Origin: Eledone cirrhosa
Lineage: Eukaryota
DNA length: 64,000 bases
NCBI GenBank assembly: GCA_964016885.1
Contig: OZ024740.1
Location: forward strand, 20,274,001 to 20,338,000
Reading direction: 5' to 3'
Part shown: positions 21,746 through 36,122 of the stretch, one piece after another
Numbering within the stretch: position 1 is the first letter of the stretch
Layout of the letters: each line of letters begins with the position of its first letter
Notes under the pieces: generated by a model
Told to the model about the DNA's origin: nothing
Seen by the model: the letters and a program-made list of their open reading frames with translations, nothing else
Databases searched by the model: none
Made by a program: the position numbers and the translations under genes

Positions 21746-22616
21746 CAGTAATTGTGTAGTCAATGTTATGGCAATGTTTCTATTTCAATTCTAAAACTTT
21801 GCCGTGTTCCAAACATATTTCCAGGTTTTTGGTCTGAAAAAGGTTAAATATCGTACAGTGTGTTGCCAGTCATGTGTTTAATTAAACAAAGTATTGTTAA
21901 ATATAATTTACAGTGAAATATCAGTAAATATTGATTAGATTGAAGTTGATTTCATGAAATATCTATAGATTGTTAGGGACACTCTAAAGGGTAATGTCAC
22001 ATTTCCTGTCTGTAAAAGAGAGATAGAGAGAGGGAGAGAAGATTGAAGTCCAACACAACTTTGACCATAGTCTATTGGATCAGGGTTGAATTGGGCTTAA
22101 ACAACAACCCTAGATTTCCATCTCAGACAACAAAGGAATGAGAAAATCTGCCAGGTATTGAGTCCATCATGCTACCATTCCTATCACTTCACCATTAGCA
22201 GTTTTACAATCTAAAACAACTAAAGACTGGCTACTACAAGAGAACAACTACATGTCTATTTGCCTTATGCTTAGCTTATATTTATATCCTACTTATCAAA
22301 CTGATTTTACTTAACAAAGAGCCAAGTTTCCTACACCTTTTACCCTCTCTTTTTTTCCATCTTTGTTTGGAGTGCATCCCCCCCCCCACCCCCCCACCCC
22401 CCGAAAGTACTCTAACCTCTTCCATCTTTGTTTGTGAATTCCTCCTCTGGCACCCAATACAGACTACCCCCCATTCACAGCCTCACCTCATTTGTTCTTT
22501 TATTTCAGTTATTTTATTAACAATTGACTTTTTGAATTTACTTTGTTAATGAATATTTATTTGTCAACAAATCTGATATCTCTCTGTTAACAAACCGATG
22601 ATATCTGTCTACAAAC

Positions 22617-24900
22617 CAGTGATGTCACCACTGTCACCACCACTGTCACCATATCAGTGATGTCACCTCTGTCACCACACCAGTGATGTCACCTCTGTCA
22701 CCATATCAGTGATGTCACCACTGTCACCACACCAGTGATGTCACCTCTGTCACCACACCAGTGATGTCACCTCTGTCACCATATCAGTGATGTCACCACT
22801 GTCACCACACCAGTGATGTCACCTGTCACCATATCAGTGATGTCACCACTGTCACCACACCAGTGATGTCACCTCTGTCACCATACCAGTGATGTCACCT
22901 CTGTCACCACACCAGTGATGTCACCTCTGTGACGACACCAGTGATGTCACCTCTGTCACCACACCAGTGATGTTACCTCTGTCACCACACCAGTGATGTT
23001 ACCTCTGTCACCACACCAGTGATGTCACCACTGTCACCATATCAGTGAGGTCACCACTGTCACCACACCAGTGATGTCACCTCTGTCACCATATCAGTGA
23101 GGTCACCACTGTCACCACACCAGTGATGTCACCACTGTCACCACACCAGTGATGTCACCTCTGTCACCATATCAGTGATGTCACCACTGTCACCATATCA
23201 GTGATGTCACCACTGTCACCACACCAGTGATGTCACCACTGTCACCGCACCAGTGATGTCACCACTGTCACCACACCAGTGATGTCACCTCTGTCACCAC
23301 ACCAGTGATGTCACCACTGTCACCACACCAGTGATATCACCTCTGTCACCACACCAGTGATGTCACCTCTGTCACCATATCAGTGATGTCACCACTGTCA
23401 CCACACCAGTGATGTTACCACACCAGTGATGTCACCACTGTCACCACACCAGTGAGGTCACCTCTGTCACCACACCAGTGATGTCACCTCTGTCACCACA
23501 CCAGTGATGTCACCTCTGTCACCATATCAGTGATGTCACCACTGTCACCACACCAGTGATGTTACCACACCAGTGATGTCACCACATCAGTGATGTCACC
23601 ACTGTCACCACACCAGTGATGTTACCACACCAGTGATGTCACCACTGTCACCACACCAGTGAGGTCACCTCTGTCACCACACCAGTGATGTCACCTCTGT
23701 CACCACACCAGTGATGTCACCTCTGTCACCACACCAATGACGTCACCACTGTCACCAGACCAATGACATCACCTCTGTCACTACATCAATGACATGACCT
23801 CTGTCACCACACTAATGACATCACCTCTGTCACCACACTAATGACATCACCTGTGTCACCACACTAATGACATCACCTGTGTTACCACACTAATGACATC
23901 ACCTGTGTCACCACACTAATGACATCACCTCTGTCACCACACTGACATCACCTCTGTCACCACACTGACATCACCTCTGTCACCACACTAATGACATCAC
24001 CTGTGTCACCACACTAATGACATCACCTGTGTCACCACACTAATGACATCACCTGTGTCACCACATCAATGACATCACCTGTGTCACCACACTAATGACA
24101 TCACCTCTGTCACCACACTAATGACATCACCTGTGTCACCACATCAATGACATCACCTCTGTCACCACACTAATGACATCACCTCTGTCACCACACTAAT
24201 GACATCACCTTTGTCACCACACTGACATCACCTCTGTTACCAGACTAATGACATCACCTCTGTTACCAGACTAATGACATCACCTGTGTCACCACATCAA
24301 TGACATCACCTCTGTCACCACACTAATGACATCACCTCTGTCACCACATCAATGACATCACCTCTGTCACCACACCAATGACATCACCTCTGTCACCACA
24401 CTAATGACATCACCTCTGTCACCACACTAATGACATCACCTGTGTCACCACATCAATGACATCACCTCTGTCACCACACTAATGACATCACCTCTGTCAC
24501 CACACTAATGACATCACATGTGTTACCACACTAATGACATCACCTGTGTCACCACACTAATGACATCACCTCTGTCACCACACCAATGACATCACCTCTG
24601 TCACCACATCAATGACATCACCTGTGTCACCACATCAATGACATCACCTCTGAAACCACACTAATGACATCACCTGTGTCACCACACTAATGACATCACC
24701 TGTGTCACCACATCAATGACATCACCTCTGTCACCACACTAATGACATCACCTCTGTCACCACACTAATGACATCACCTGTCTCACCACATCAATGACAT
24801 CACCTGTGTCACCACATCAATGACATCACCTGTGTCACCACACTGACATCACCTCTGTCACCACACTAATGACATCACCTGTGTTACCACACCAGTGATA
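22617..24900. repeat. 26-bp minisatellite with two sequence sectors
   Basis: Left unit CAGTGATGTCACCTCTGTCACCACAC, right unit TAATGACATCACCTCTGTCACCACAC; switch at ~23735. Confidence 0.96.
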
Positions 24901-25189
24901 TATTACCTCTCTGTGTCACCAAGCCCTGTATATATTCTGTGTTTACCATTACTGATACATTATATACTGAGGCATGCCTCCCTGTGTCTGTATTATTATT
25001 ATTTACTACATCATCAGTGCATGTCTGTTCACACTTGTCAACATCTATGTCTTACATGATGTTGAAATCATTGATTTTCTTTTTTTTAAATATTGATATT
25101 CATCTTTTTTCTTAAAATATTGATTTTTCTTTTTTGTTTTCATTTAATTTTTCTTATCATTCAGTTTCACTTATCCTCCAGGTGATTAT

Positions 25190-28184
25190 ACCACACCTGG
25201 CCTCATCTATACTATATACTCCACCTTACACCTGGTCACATCTATACTATATACTCCACCTTACACCTGGCCACATCTATACTATATACTCCACCTTACA
25301 CCTGGTCACATCTATACTATATACTCCACCTTACACCTGGTCACATCTATACTATATACTCCACCTTACACCTGGCCACATCTATACTATATACTCCACC
25401 TTACACCTGGTCACATCTATACTATATACTCCACCTTACACCTGGCCACATCTATACTATATACTCCACCTTACACCTGGTCACATCTATACTATATACT
25501 CCACCTTACACCTGGTCACATCTATAGTATACACTCCACCTTACACCTGGTCACATCTATACTATATACTCCACCTTACACCTGGCCACATCTATACTAT
25601 ATACTCCACCTTACACCTGGTCACATCTATACTATATACTCCACCTTACACCTGGTCACATCTATAGTATACACTCCACCTTACACCTGGTCACATCTAT
25701 ACTATATACTCCACCTTACACCTGGTCACATCTATACAATACACTCCACCTTACACCTGGTCACATCTATATTATACACTCCACCTTACACCTGGTCACA
25801 TCTATAGTATACACTCCACCTTACACCTGGCCACATCTATACTATATACTCCACCTTACACCTGGTCACATCTATACTATATACTCCACCTTACACCTGG
25901 TCACATCATCATCATCATCACCGTTTTACGTCCGTTCCACATTAGCATGGGTGAGACGGGTTGTCCTGTTGTGGGCAGTGTCTGGTTGTCTGACCATGCC
26001 TTGCTCATACAGGAACTGATTTGGCTTGATTTCTACAGCTGGATGCCCTTCCTAACACCAACCTCATTTACAGTGAGTGCTGGGTGCTTTTTCGTGGCGC
26101 CTACATGTCCACTTTACAGTGTGGGCTGGGGGCTTTTTTTCCGTGGCACCTCCACGACCACTTTGCGGTGGGGGGTGTGGGGCATATTGTCTATATGCTT
26201 CAGCTTGTACCCATGGGAGGTCAGGTACTCTGTATTACTGCGTGACGCCAGAAGTCACGGTCGTGTGTCATTGCCTTTGAGAGGTGTAATTGGGTATGGT
26301 CGGCTTTTATCACCTCATCCCAGATCATCTTGGGTCTCCCCACTCCGCGGTTTCCATCGACTTCTAGTGCTCTGCACCTTTTTATGCAGCTGTCATCCTT
26401 CATATGCATCACATGTCCATACCAGCGCAACCGCCTCTCCTGCACACAGCATTTGATTCCTCTTATGCTCAGTCTCTCTCTCAATTCCTTTATGCTTTGT
26501 CGTTCACGTATATTACTGTTACACATCCATCGGAGCATGCAGGCTTCGTTTCTCTCTAATCTACGTAAGTCTTCCACCTTCAGCGCCCAAGTCTCACTAC
26601 CATGCAACATCGCTGTTCGGATACACGCATCATACAGTCTGCCTTTAATTCTGAGGGAGAAACCTTTTGCAGCTAGCAGTGGTAGTAGTTCCCTAAACTT
26701 CTTCCATCCCGTTCTTACCCTAGTTATTGTACTTTCTGAACACCCACCTCCGCTGCTAATTCGGTCACCTAGGTAGCAGAAGCTGTCTACTGTTTTTACA
26801 GGGCCCTCCCAGAGATTGGTGGTACTTGTTTCCTGTGGCTGTTTGCTGCTTGCTGTCCCAGCACAGCTGCTACATGTGAAGCCTACATTTTTAATTAAGC
26901 TTCCTGAGATCCCACTACATCTCTTGTGTACCCATTGTTTGCATTTGGGGCAGAGAATGGAGTTCCTACCTACACCTTTCCTACATACTGAGCAAGGCCA
27001 TTTCCCTGAGGGGATCTGGGTTCTGTTTTCTCGTCTACTTACAAGGACCTTAGTCTTTGTCATGTTGACTTTGCGACCCTTTCTTTCTAGTCCCTGCTTC
27101 CAAGTTTGGAATTTCTTCTCTAGTTCTACCATAGATTCAGCTATAAGTGCGAGGTCATCAGTATACAGGAGTTCATCAGCATACTCCACCTTACACCTGG
27201 TCACATCTATACTATATACTCCACCTTACACCTGGTCACATCTATACTATATACTCCACCTTACACCTGGTCACATCTATACTATACACTGCACCTTACA
27301 CCTGGTCACATCTATACTATATACTCCACCTTACACCTGGTCACATCTATACTATACACTGCACCTTACACCTGGTCACATCTATACTATATACTCCACC
27401 TTACACCTGGTCACATCTATACTATACACTGCACCTTACACCTGGTCACATCTATACTATATACTCCACCTTACACCTGGTCACATCTATACTATACACT
27501 GCACCTTACACCTGGTCACATCTATACTATATACTCCACCTTACATCTGGTCACATCTATACTATATACTCCACCTTACACCTGGTCACATCTATACTAT
27601 ATACTCCACCTTACACCTGGTCACATCTATACTATACACTCCACCTTACACCTGGTCACATCTATACTATACACTCCACCTTACACCTGGCCACATCTAT
27701 ACTATATACTCCACCTTACACCTGGTCACATCTATACTATACACTCCACCTTACACCTGGTAACATCTATAGTATACACTCTACCTTACACCCGGTCACA
27801 TCTATACTATATACTCCACCTTACACCTGGTCACATCTATACTATACACTCCACCTTACACCTGGTCACATCTATAGTATACACTCCACCTTACACCTGG
27901 TCACATCTATACTATACACTGCACCTTACACCTGGTCACATCTATACTATATACTCCACCTTACACCTGGTCACATCTATACTATACACTCCACCTTACA
28001 CCTGGTCACATCTATACTATACACTCCACCTTACACCTGGTCACATCTATAGTATACACTCCACCTTACACCTGGTCACATCTATACTATATACTCCACC
28101 TTACACCTGGTCACATCTATACTATATACTCCACCTTACACCTGGTCACATCTATACTATACACTCCACCTTACACCTGGTCAC
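25190..28184. repeat. 35-bp minisatellite split by an RTE insertion
   Basis: Unit ATACTCCACCTTACACCTGGTCACATCTATACTAT at 25190-25905 and 27181-28184. Confidence 0.96.
25905..27180 (-). mobile_element. 5'-truncated RTE-type LINE, second subfamily
   Basis: ORF 26221-27204 has LLYTDD, the PHD-like insert, FCYLG and RLRWYGHV. (CAT)n tail at 25904-25920. 3'UTR differs from the 13-kb copy. Confidence 0.92.
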
Positions 28185-28483
28185 TGCCAAGGTTACTTTT
28201 GTCTTCCATCCTTATGAAGTACCAGTAACACACTGTGGCCAATTTAATCAATTTTTCTCACCTCCCAACTGTTAGCCTTCTACCTAAATCTGAAACTATT
28301 ATAGCAGTACTAAAGTTTTGACTATGAAACTATTATAGCAGTACTAAAGTTTCTATCAGCTGCTTCAGTTTTGACTATGTTGTAGGGTTGGGTGATATTT
28401 AAAGTACCAGATTGGGGTAATGGGTTGTCAGAATTGTTGCTGTATAAGATGAGATACCTTTCAATGTTTCTTGCTTTCTGAGT

Positions 28484-28553
28484 TTAACCCTTTAGCATTT
28501 AAACCGTTCATATCTGGCCAGAATTCTCTCACCTCTTTCTGTTCAAACTGGCT
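28484..28553 (-). mobile_element. Single end of the TTAA MITE family
   Basis: TTAACCCTTTAGCATTTAAACCGTTCATATCTGGCCAGAATTCTCTCACCTCTTTCTGTTCAAACTGGC matches 33923-33991. Confidence 0.75.
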
Positions 28554-29112
28554 CCCAGTTGTAGTGTCAGGTGAGAAAGCTATGCTGAATTAACAAGAAA
28601 TTAAGGTAGCAGTTGTCAAAGACTTTCAGCATCGGTTAATCTTCAAGTATGATAACCATACAGTTAGCTCTGTGATTCTGCTGGAGGTCTTGTATTCCTG
28701 AACATCACCACCATCACCACCACCAGATTAGAACCACCAATACCACCAAAGTACCAACACCACCCACCACCACCTCCACCAATACCACCAAATTACCACC
28801 ATCACCACTACCAAATTACCACCCACCACCATCACAACTACCAAATTACCACCCACCACCATCACAACTACCAAATTACCACCCACCACCATCACAACTA
28901 CCAAATTACCACCCACCACCATCACAACTACCAAATTACCAGCCACCAATACTACCATCACTACCACCACCTCCACCATCACCATTACCAAAGTACCACC
29001 CACCAACACCACTACCAAACCAAAGTGTCAGTCCATGGCAGTAGATTAGTGGAATTGTTATTGAGATTATTGTGGCTGTTAGTGTTGTAGGTTCAATTCT
29101 GATTGTGGCTTA

Positions 29113-30322
29113 TTTAGGTGGTAGATCTGACCAAACACCTTCTTGGGGACCTTTAGGTGGTAGATCTGACCAAACACCTTCTTGGGGACCTTTAGGTGGT
29201 AGATCTGAGCAAACACCTTCTTGGGGACCTTTAGGTGGTAGATCTGACCAAACACCTTCTTGGGGACCTTTAGGTGGTAGATCTGAGCAAACACCTTCTT
29301 GGGGACCTTTAGGTGGTAGATCTGACCAAACACCTTCTTGGGGACCTTCAGGTGGTAGATCTGAGCAAACACCTTCTTGGGGACCTTTAGGTGGTAGATC
29401 TGAGCAAACACCTTCTTGGGGACCTTCAGGTGGTAGATCTGACCAAACACCTTCTTGGGGACCTTTAGGTGGTAGATCTGACCAAACACCTTCTTGGGGA
29501 CCTTTAGGTGGTAGATCTGAGCAAACACCTTCTTGGGGACCTTCAGGTGGTAGATCTGAGCAAACACCTTCTTGGGGACCTTTAGGTGGTAGATCTGAGC
29601 AAACACCTTCTTGGGGACCTTTAGGTGGTAGATCTGAGCAAACACCTTCTTGGGGACCTTTAGGTGGTAGATCTGAGCAAACACCTTCTTGGGGACCTTC
29701 AGGTGGTAGATCTGACCAAACACCTTCTTGGGGACCTTTAGGTGGTAGATCTGAGCAAACATCTTCTTGGGGACCTTTAGGTGGTAGATCTGACCAAACA
29801 CCTTCTTGGGGACCTTTAGGTGGTAGATCTGACCAAACACCTTCTTGGGGACCTTTAGGTGGTAGATCTGAGCAAACACCTTCTTGGGGACCTTTAGGTG
29901 GTAGATCTGAGCAAACACCTTCTTGGGGACCTTCAGGTGGTAGATCTGACCAAACACCTTCTTGGGGACCTTTAGGTGGTAGATCTGAGCAAACACCTTC
30001 TTGGGGACCTTTAGGTGGTAGATCTGAGCAAACACCTTCTTGGGGACCTTTAGGTGGTAGATCTGAGCAAACACCTTCTTGGGGACCTTTAGGTGGTAGA
30101 TCTGAGCAAACACCTTCTTGGGGACCTTTAGGTGGTAGATCTGAGCAAACACCTTCTTGGGGACCTTTAGGTGGTAGATCTGAGCAAACACCTTCTTGGG
30201 GACCTTTAGGTGGTAGATCTGACCAAACACCTTCTTGGGGACCTTTAGGTGGTAGATCTGACCAAACACCTTCTTGGGGACCTTTAGGTGGTAGATCTGA
30301 CCAAACACCTTCTTGGAGACCT
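29113..30322. repeat. 39-bp minisatellite, ~31 very homogeneous copies
   Basis: Unit TTAGGTGGTAGATCTGA(C/G)CAAACACCTTCTTGGGGACCT. Confidence 0.97.
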
Positions 30323-31047
30323 TCAGCAAACTCTATTGTAAATGTTCAAACTAGGTCTTAGGTTTGAGGAAAATTTCCCCCTTCCAGCCTCTTTAGGGGC
30401 TCATGAAAAGTGTCATGGGTTAATGTTGGTCCCTTGCTGACTAAATAATAAATAATTGGGGCCAAGCTGGAGCTAAACAATAGCAACATAGAGTAAGGAT
30501 AATCACCACAGGCCACCATAGTTTCAACTGCAATTATTATTGAAGCAGCTGAACACAAACACACACGCGCGCGCGTCAGGTAGACATTACGTGGCAAGTG
30601 GGGGGATGCTGTGCTGAATAGGACCCGTCCCACCTTTGCAAGCAGGGAAAAGCGTACGTAAAATGATGATATACACACACACACACATACATACATCCTC
30701 ATCATCATCGTGTGTGTGTGTTAGGCAGGCAACTTGATGGAACTGTCAGTATGTTTTATATACATATATCATCATCAAGCTATGTGTATGTATGTGTCTC
30801 TATTATAGTGTGTGAGAGAGAGACAGAGATCAATATTTAGGTGTCTAGTATTGATTGTGGGAAAAAACATACACAACACAAAAGAAAATTTTCAAAATAA
30901 TTTTGTTATATTGATTTCTGATTCTCTGCAAGTGTGTGTATGTATATGTATGAATATATATGCACACGCACATGTATATGTGTGTGTGTGTGTGTTTGTA
31001 TATATAAATATATATACACATATTTTTTCAATTTGGTCAAACCCACA

Positions 31048-32557
31048 CATCATCATCATCATCATCATCATCAACGTTTAACGTCCGTGTTCCACGCTTG
31101 CATGGGTTTGGACGGGGGTAGTCCCACTTGAGGCAAGAGTGATTGTCTTGCTCGCATAGGACTGTCTGGCAGGTTTTCTACAGTTGGATGCCCTTCCTAA
31201 CACCAACCACATTTACAGTGTGGGTCTGGGAGGTTTTTACCGTGTTGCCTACACGGCCACATTACAGCGTGGACTGTGTGTTTTTTTGTTGTGACACCTA
31301 CACGATCTCATTTGTTTCGGCCTCGATGGCGCGGCACCAACATAACTTTACATAGAACGGGGTGGGGGTGGTGGTGGTGGGACGGGGTGTATTTTGTTAG
31401 AGATGCCTACTGGCTGGAGTAGGTTTTACTATATATTTAGGTAAGGCGGGTCTTCTCTGTTACTGAGTACCGCCAAAGGTCTCGGTCCAGTGACATTGTC
31501 TTGGAGAGGTGTAAGTGTGTGATGTCGGAGTTTATCAGCTCGTCCCAGGTTTTTCTAGGTCTGCCTATTCCGTGACTACCGTCTATCTTTATTGCCCTGC
31601 ACTTTGTTATACAGCTATCGACTTTCATGCGCATCACGTGTCCATACCAACGTAGCCTTCGAGTAAACAACATCTGATCCCTCTTATCTCTAATTTTTTC
31701 CTTAGTTCGTTTATGCTTTGCCGTTCACGTATATTACTGTTACACATCCAGCGGAGCATGCAAGCTTCGTTCCTCTCTAGTCTGCGTATATCCTCTGCAC
31801 ACAATGCCCAGGTCTCACTGCCATGCAGCATTGCTGTTCGTATGCAGGCATCGTACAACCTGCCTTTCATTTTTAGGGAGAACCCTTTAGCAGCTAATAG
31901 TGGTATAAGCTCTCTGAACTTTTTCCAACCAGTTCTGACTCTAGCTACAGTACTTTCAGAGCACCCTCCCCCACTGCTGATTTTATCGCCCAGGTAACGG
32001 AAGCTGTCCACTATTTCTATAGAACCCTCTGCACAATTGAAAGAGCTAGTATTTTGTGGGCACTTGCTGCTACTTATTGCACCAGAGCACCGGCCACATG
32101 TAAAATCTATGTTCTTAGTTAGCTTACCTGTGATCCCACTACATCTTTTATGCACCCATACTTTGCATTTAGGACATAAAATGGAGTTTCTACCTACGCC
32201 TTTCCTACACACCGAGCACGACCATTTCCCAGAAGGGACCGCCGCCTTGTTTTCTTTCCTACAAACTAGTACTTTGGTCTTAGCCAGGTTAATTTTAAGT
32301 CCTTTTGACTCTAGGCCGTGCTTCCATGTTTGGAATTTCTTCTCTAGCTCGGCCATTGATTCCGCTATGAGTGTCAGGTCGTCTGCGTATAGGAGTTCCC
32401 ATGGGCAGCCTGTCTTGAACTCCTCTGTTATAGCCTGAAGGGCAATAATAAATAGTAGTGGGCTGAGAACAGAGCCCTGATGGACGCCAACTTTTACGCT
32501 AAACTCTTCACTATATTCGTTGTTAATTCTAACCTTGCTGACTGTTTCTTTATACAT
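31048..32557 (-). mobile_element. 5'-truncated RTE-type LINE, same subfamily as the 9-13 kb copy
   Basis: ORF 31634-32587 has GVHQGSVLSP, intact YADD and the PHD-like insert. 3'UTR is the reverse complement of 12916-13270; (CAT)n tail. Confidence 0.93.
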
Positions 32558-32779
32558 ATGCATGTGCATACACACACACACACACATACCGTGTATCTGT
32601 GTATTAAATTTAATAAGAAAGCAAAGTAGTTTATTTTTAAATTGGATGAAAGGAAATATGTTTCCTTTGTTCCATTGCTGATAGTATCTGTTGCAACTCC
32701 TGCCATATCACCACTTTCCCAATGGCAACACTCAAAATGTATAGAGGCAGATGCTGGAAAGCATCCCGTCAGATGCTTT

Positions 32780-32970
32780 TTAACCCTCTAGCATTTACAT
32801 TACTATCTTATATTCATGGTGAAGGCTTTATCTGACATAATCTTGAGTCTATGAGAGTTTGGTGATGTTACTGTTGATTTTAATACCGATATCTTAACGT
32901 CAGTTTGAGCTGTTTGTTACGGCCAGTTTCAAAAAAGAGAAAGAATTCTGGTTTAAATGCTGAAAGTTAA
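32780..32970 (+). mobile_element. Degenerate TTAA MITE copy with one decayed satellite unit
   Basis: TTAACCCTCTAGCATTTACATTACT...GAAGGCTTTATCTGACATAAT ... GGTTTAAATGCTGAAAGTTAA. Confidence 0.65.
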
Positions 32971-33926
32971 CCAATTTGTCCCCCCACTGCCTTCGATAGT
33001 TCCTTTATGGCCCCTAGATGGACTCTGAAATGCTGAAAAGCAAAAAATTGACATGAGGCATTTAACCCGATACACGAATGACTGCTAATTCACCAACATT
33101 AAGCAGATAGTGAGATAGTGAGCTAGTCTCTCTTACAGGCAACATTCTCTCACCACTATCAGGGTAGAATTGGCTATTATTTCTAGCAAGTCGAGTGACT
33201 ACATTGATGCTTTATAATTCAGTGGAATAAACTGCTTTGAGCACATTTAATTGAGTGTGTCTATATTCCATGTGTTTCTGTTGTTGTGTGCATCTTGCTT
33301 GTGTGTGTGTCTCATACACACACATACACAGTAGCCTAACCTTTCTTTGAGAACTTGTCTGTATTCTGTGCTTGATATTTTGGTGTTTTCAAAATGCTGA
33401 CAAAATGTTTACATGACTTTTTGGAAGTTGGGTCTGTTTTATTTACTCTCTTACATATTGGGTTGGCATTTGTAGTACACGTGGTAAGAGGTGGGGATAA
33501 TGAAGAGAAATATACACACACAGATGTATGGGCGAACACACACACACACACACACATAGGTGCACAAACATAAACACACACAGATATATAGCAAAGTTTT
33601 TGAAGGAAAAAACTGCAAAAAGCAAATGTAAATGATGTTATGTTTATGTACAGAAATATATTGCAAATACCCCCACCTCTCTCCACACACACACATACAC
33701 ATACACACATGTACACACATACATACACTACTCCACACATACTTACACCACCCCACACACACTCACATACACACATGTACACATATACCAGATTGGTGCA
33801 TGTTCTTGTAGCTAGCCATTGTTCTGTGGGTTTTACTATAGAAAATATCTACAACCTGTGTTGATATATAAAACTACAGACCATGACATCTCTCTGTTAG
33901 CTACTGTTGACACAAGGATGGCTTAA

Positions 33927-36122
33927 CCCTTTAGAATTTAAACTGGCTGTATATGACCAGAATTCTCTCACCTCTTTCTGTTGAAACTGGCCATAGCCGG
34001 CTGCTCATACTGACATTAAGGTATTCAAAATAAATATCAAAATCTCATAAATCAGATATTATGTGAGGTAAAGCTTTTAGTGTGAAAATACAATAGTATA
34101 TATAGAGTAATGTAAATGTTATGTGAGATATTATGTGAGGTAAAGCCTTTACCATGAAAATACAATAGTATATATATAGTAATGTAAATGTTATGTGAGA
34201 TATTATGTGAGGTAAAGCTTTTAGTGTGAAAATACAATAGTATATATAGAGTAATGTAAATGTTATGTGAGATATTATGTGAGGTAAAGCTTTTAGTGTG
34301 AAAATACAATAGTATATATAGAGTAATGTAAATGTTATGTGAGATATTATGTGAGGTAAAGCCTTTACTGTGAAAATACAATAGTATATATAGAGTAATG
34401 TAAATGTTATGTGAAATATTATGTGAGGTATAGCCTTTACCATGAAAATACAATAGTATATATAGAGTAATGTAAATGTTATGTGAGATATTATGTGAGG
34501 TAAAGCCTTTACTGTGAAAATACAATAGTATATATAGAGTAATGTAAATGTTATGTGAGATATTATGTGAGGTAAAGCCTTTACTGTGACAATACAATAG
34601 TATATACAGAGTAATGTAAATGTTATGTGAGATATTATGTGAGGTAAAGCCTTTACTGTGAAAATACAATAGTATATATAGAGTAATGTAAATGTTATGT
34701 GAGATATTATGTGAGGTAAGCCTTTACTGTGAATATATAATAGTATATATAGAGTAATGTAAATGTTATGAGAGATATGTGAGGAAAAGCCTTTACTGTG
34801 ACAATACAATAGTATATATAGAGTAATGTAAATGTTATGAGAGATATGTGAGGTAAAGCCTTTACTGTGAAAATACAATAGTATATAGAGAGTAATGTAA
34901 ACGTTGAGATATTATGTGAGGTAAAGCCTTTACTGTGAAAATACAATAGTATATATAGAGTAATGTAAATGTTATGAGATATTATGTGAGGTAAAGCCTT
35001 TACTGTGAAAATACAATAGTATATATAGAGTAATGTAAATGTTATGAGATATTATGAGGTAAAGCCTTTACTGTGAAAATACAATAGTATATATAGAGTA
35101 ATGTAAATGTTATGAGAGATGTTATGTGAGGTAAAGCTTTTACTGTGAAAATACAATAGTATATATAGAGTAATGTAAATGTTATGAGAGATATTATGTG
35201 AGGTAAAGCCTTTACTGTGAAAATACAATAGTATATATAGAGTAATGTAAATGTTATGAGAGATATTATGTGAGGTAAAGCCTTTACTGTGAAAATACAA
35301 TAGTATATATAGAGTAATGTAAATGTTATGAGAGATATTATGTGAGGTAAAGCCTTTACTGTAAAAATACAATAGTATATATAGAGTAATTTAAATCTTA
35401 TGTGAGATATTATGTGAGGTAAAGCCTTTACCATGACAATACAATAGTATATATAGAGTAATGTAAATGTTATGTGTAATATTATGTGAGGTGAAGCCTT
35501 TACTGTGAAAATACAATAGTATATATAGAGTAATGTAAATGTTATGTGAGATATTATGTGAGGTAAAGCCTTTACTGTGAAAATACAATAGTATATATAG
35601 AGTAATGTAAATGTTATGAGAGATATTATGTGAGGTAAAGCCTTTACTGTAAAAATACAATAGTATATATAGAGTAATTTAAATCTTATGTGAGATATTA
35701 TGTGAGGTAAAGCCTTTACCATGACAATACAATAGTATATATAGAGTAATGTAAATGTTATGTGTAATATTATGTGAGGTGAAGCCTTTACTGTGAAAAT
35801 ACAATAGTATATATAGAGTAATGTAAATGTTATGTGAGATATTATGTGAGGTAAAGCCTTTTCTGTGAAAATATAATAGTATATATAGAGTAATGTAAAT
35901 GTTATGTGAGGTATTATGTGAGGTAAAGCCTTTACTGTGAAAATATAATAGTATATATAGAGTAATGTAAATGTTATGTGAGATATTATGTGAGGTAAAG
36001 CCTTTACTGTGAAAATACAATAGTATATATAGAGTAATGTAAATGTTATGTGAGATATGTGAGGAAAAGCCTTTACTGTGACAATACAATAGTATATATA
36101 GAGTAATGTAAATACTAAAGGG
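33927..36122 (-). mobile_element. piggyBac-like non-autonomous element carrying ~28 copies of the 72-bp repeat
   Basis: TTAA (33923-33926) CCCTTTAGAATTTA ... array ~34052-36110 ... TAAATACTAAAGGG TTAA (36123-36126). Confidence 0.88.

Noticed and set aside
25881-27207. 27-bp target-site duplication around the RTE insert
   Set aside because: Cannot be told apart from the 35-bp tandem unit itself.
22617-30322. CRISPR-like arrays (26-, 35-, 39-bp repeats; also 29-bp at 61 kb)
   Set aside because: Units are head-to-tail with no unique spacers, no cas genes, and the context is eukaryotic.
29072-30361. 429-aa and 416-aa repeat ORFs on opposite strands
   Set aside because: 39-bp minisatellite with no ATG start, no supported splice context and open frames on both strands.
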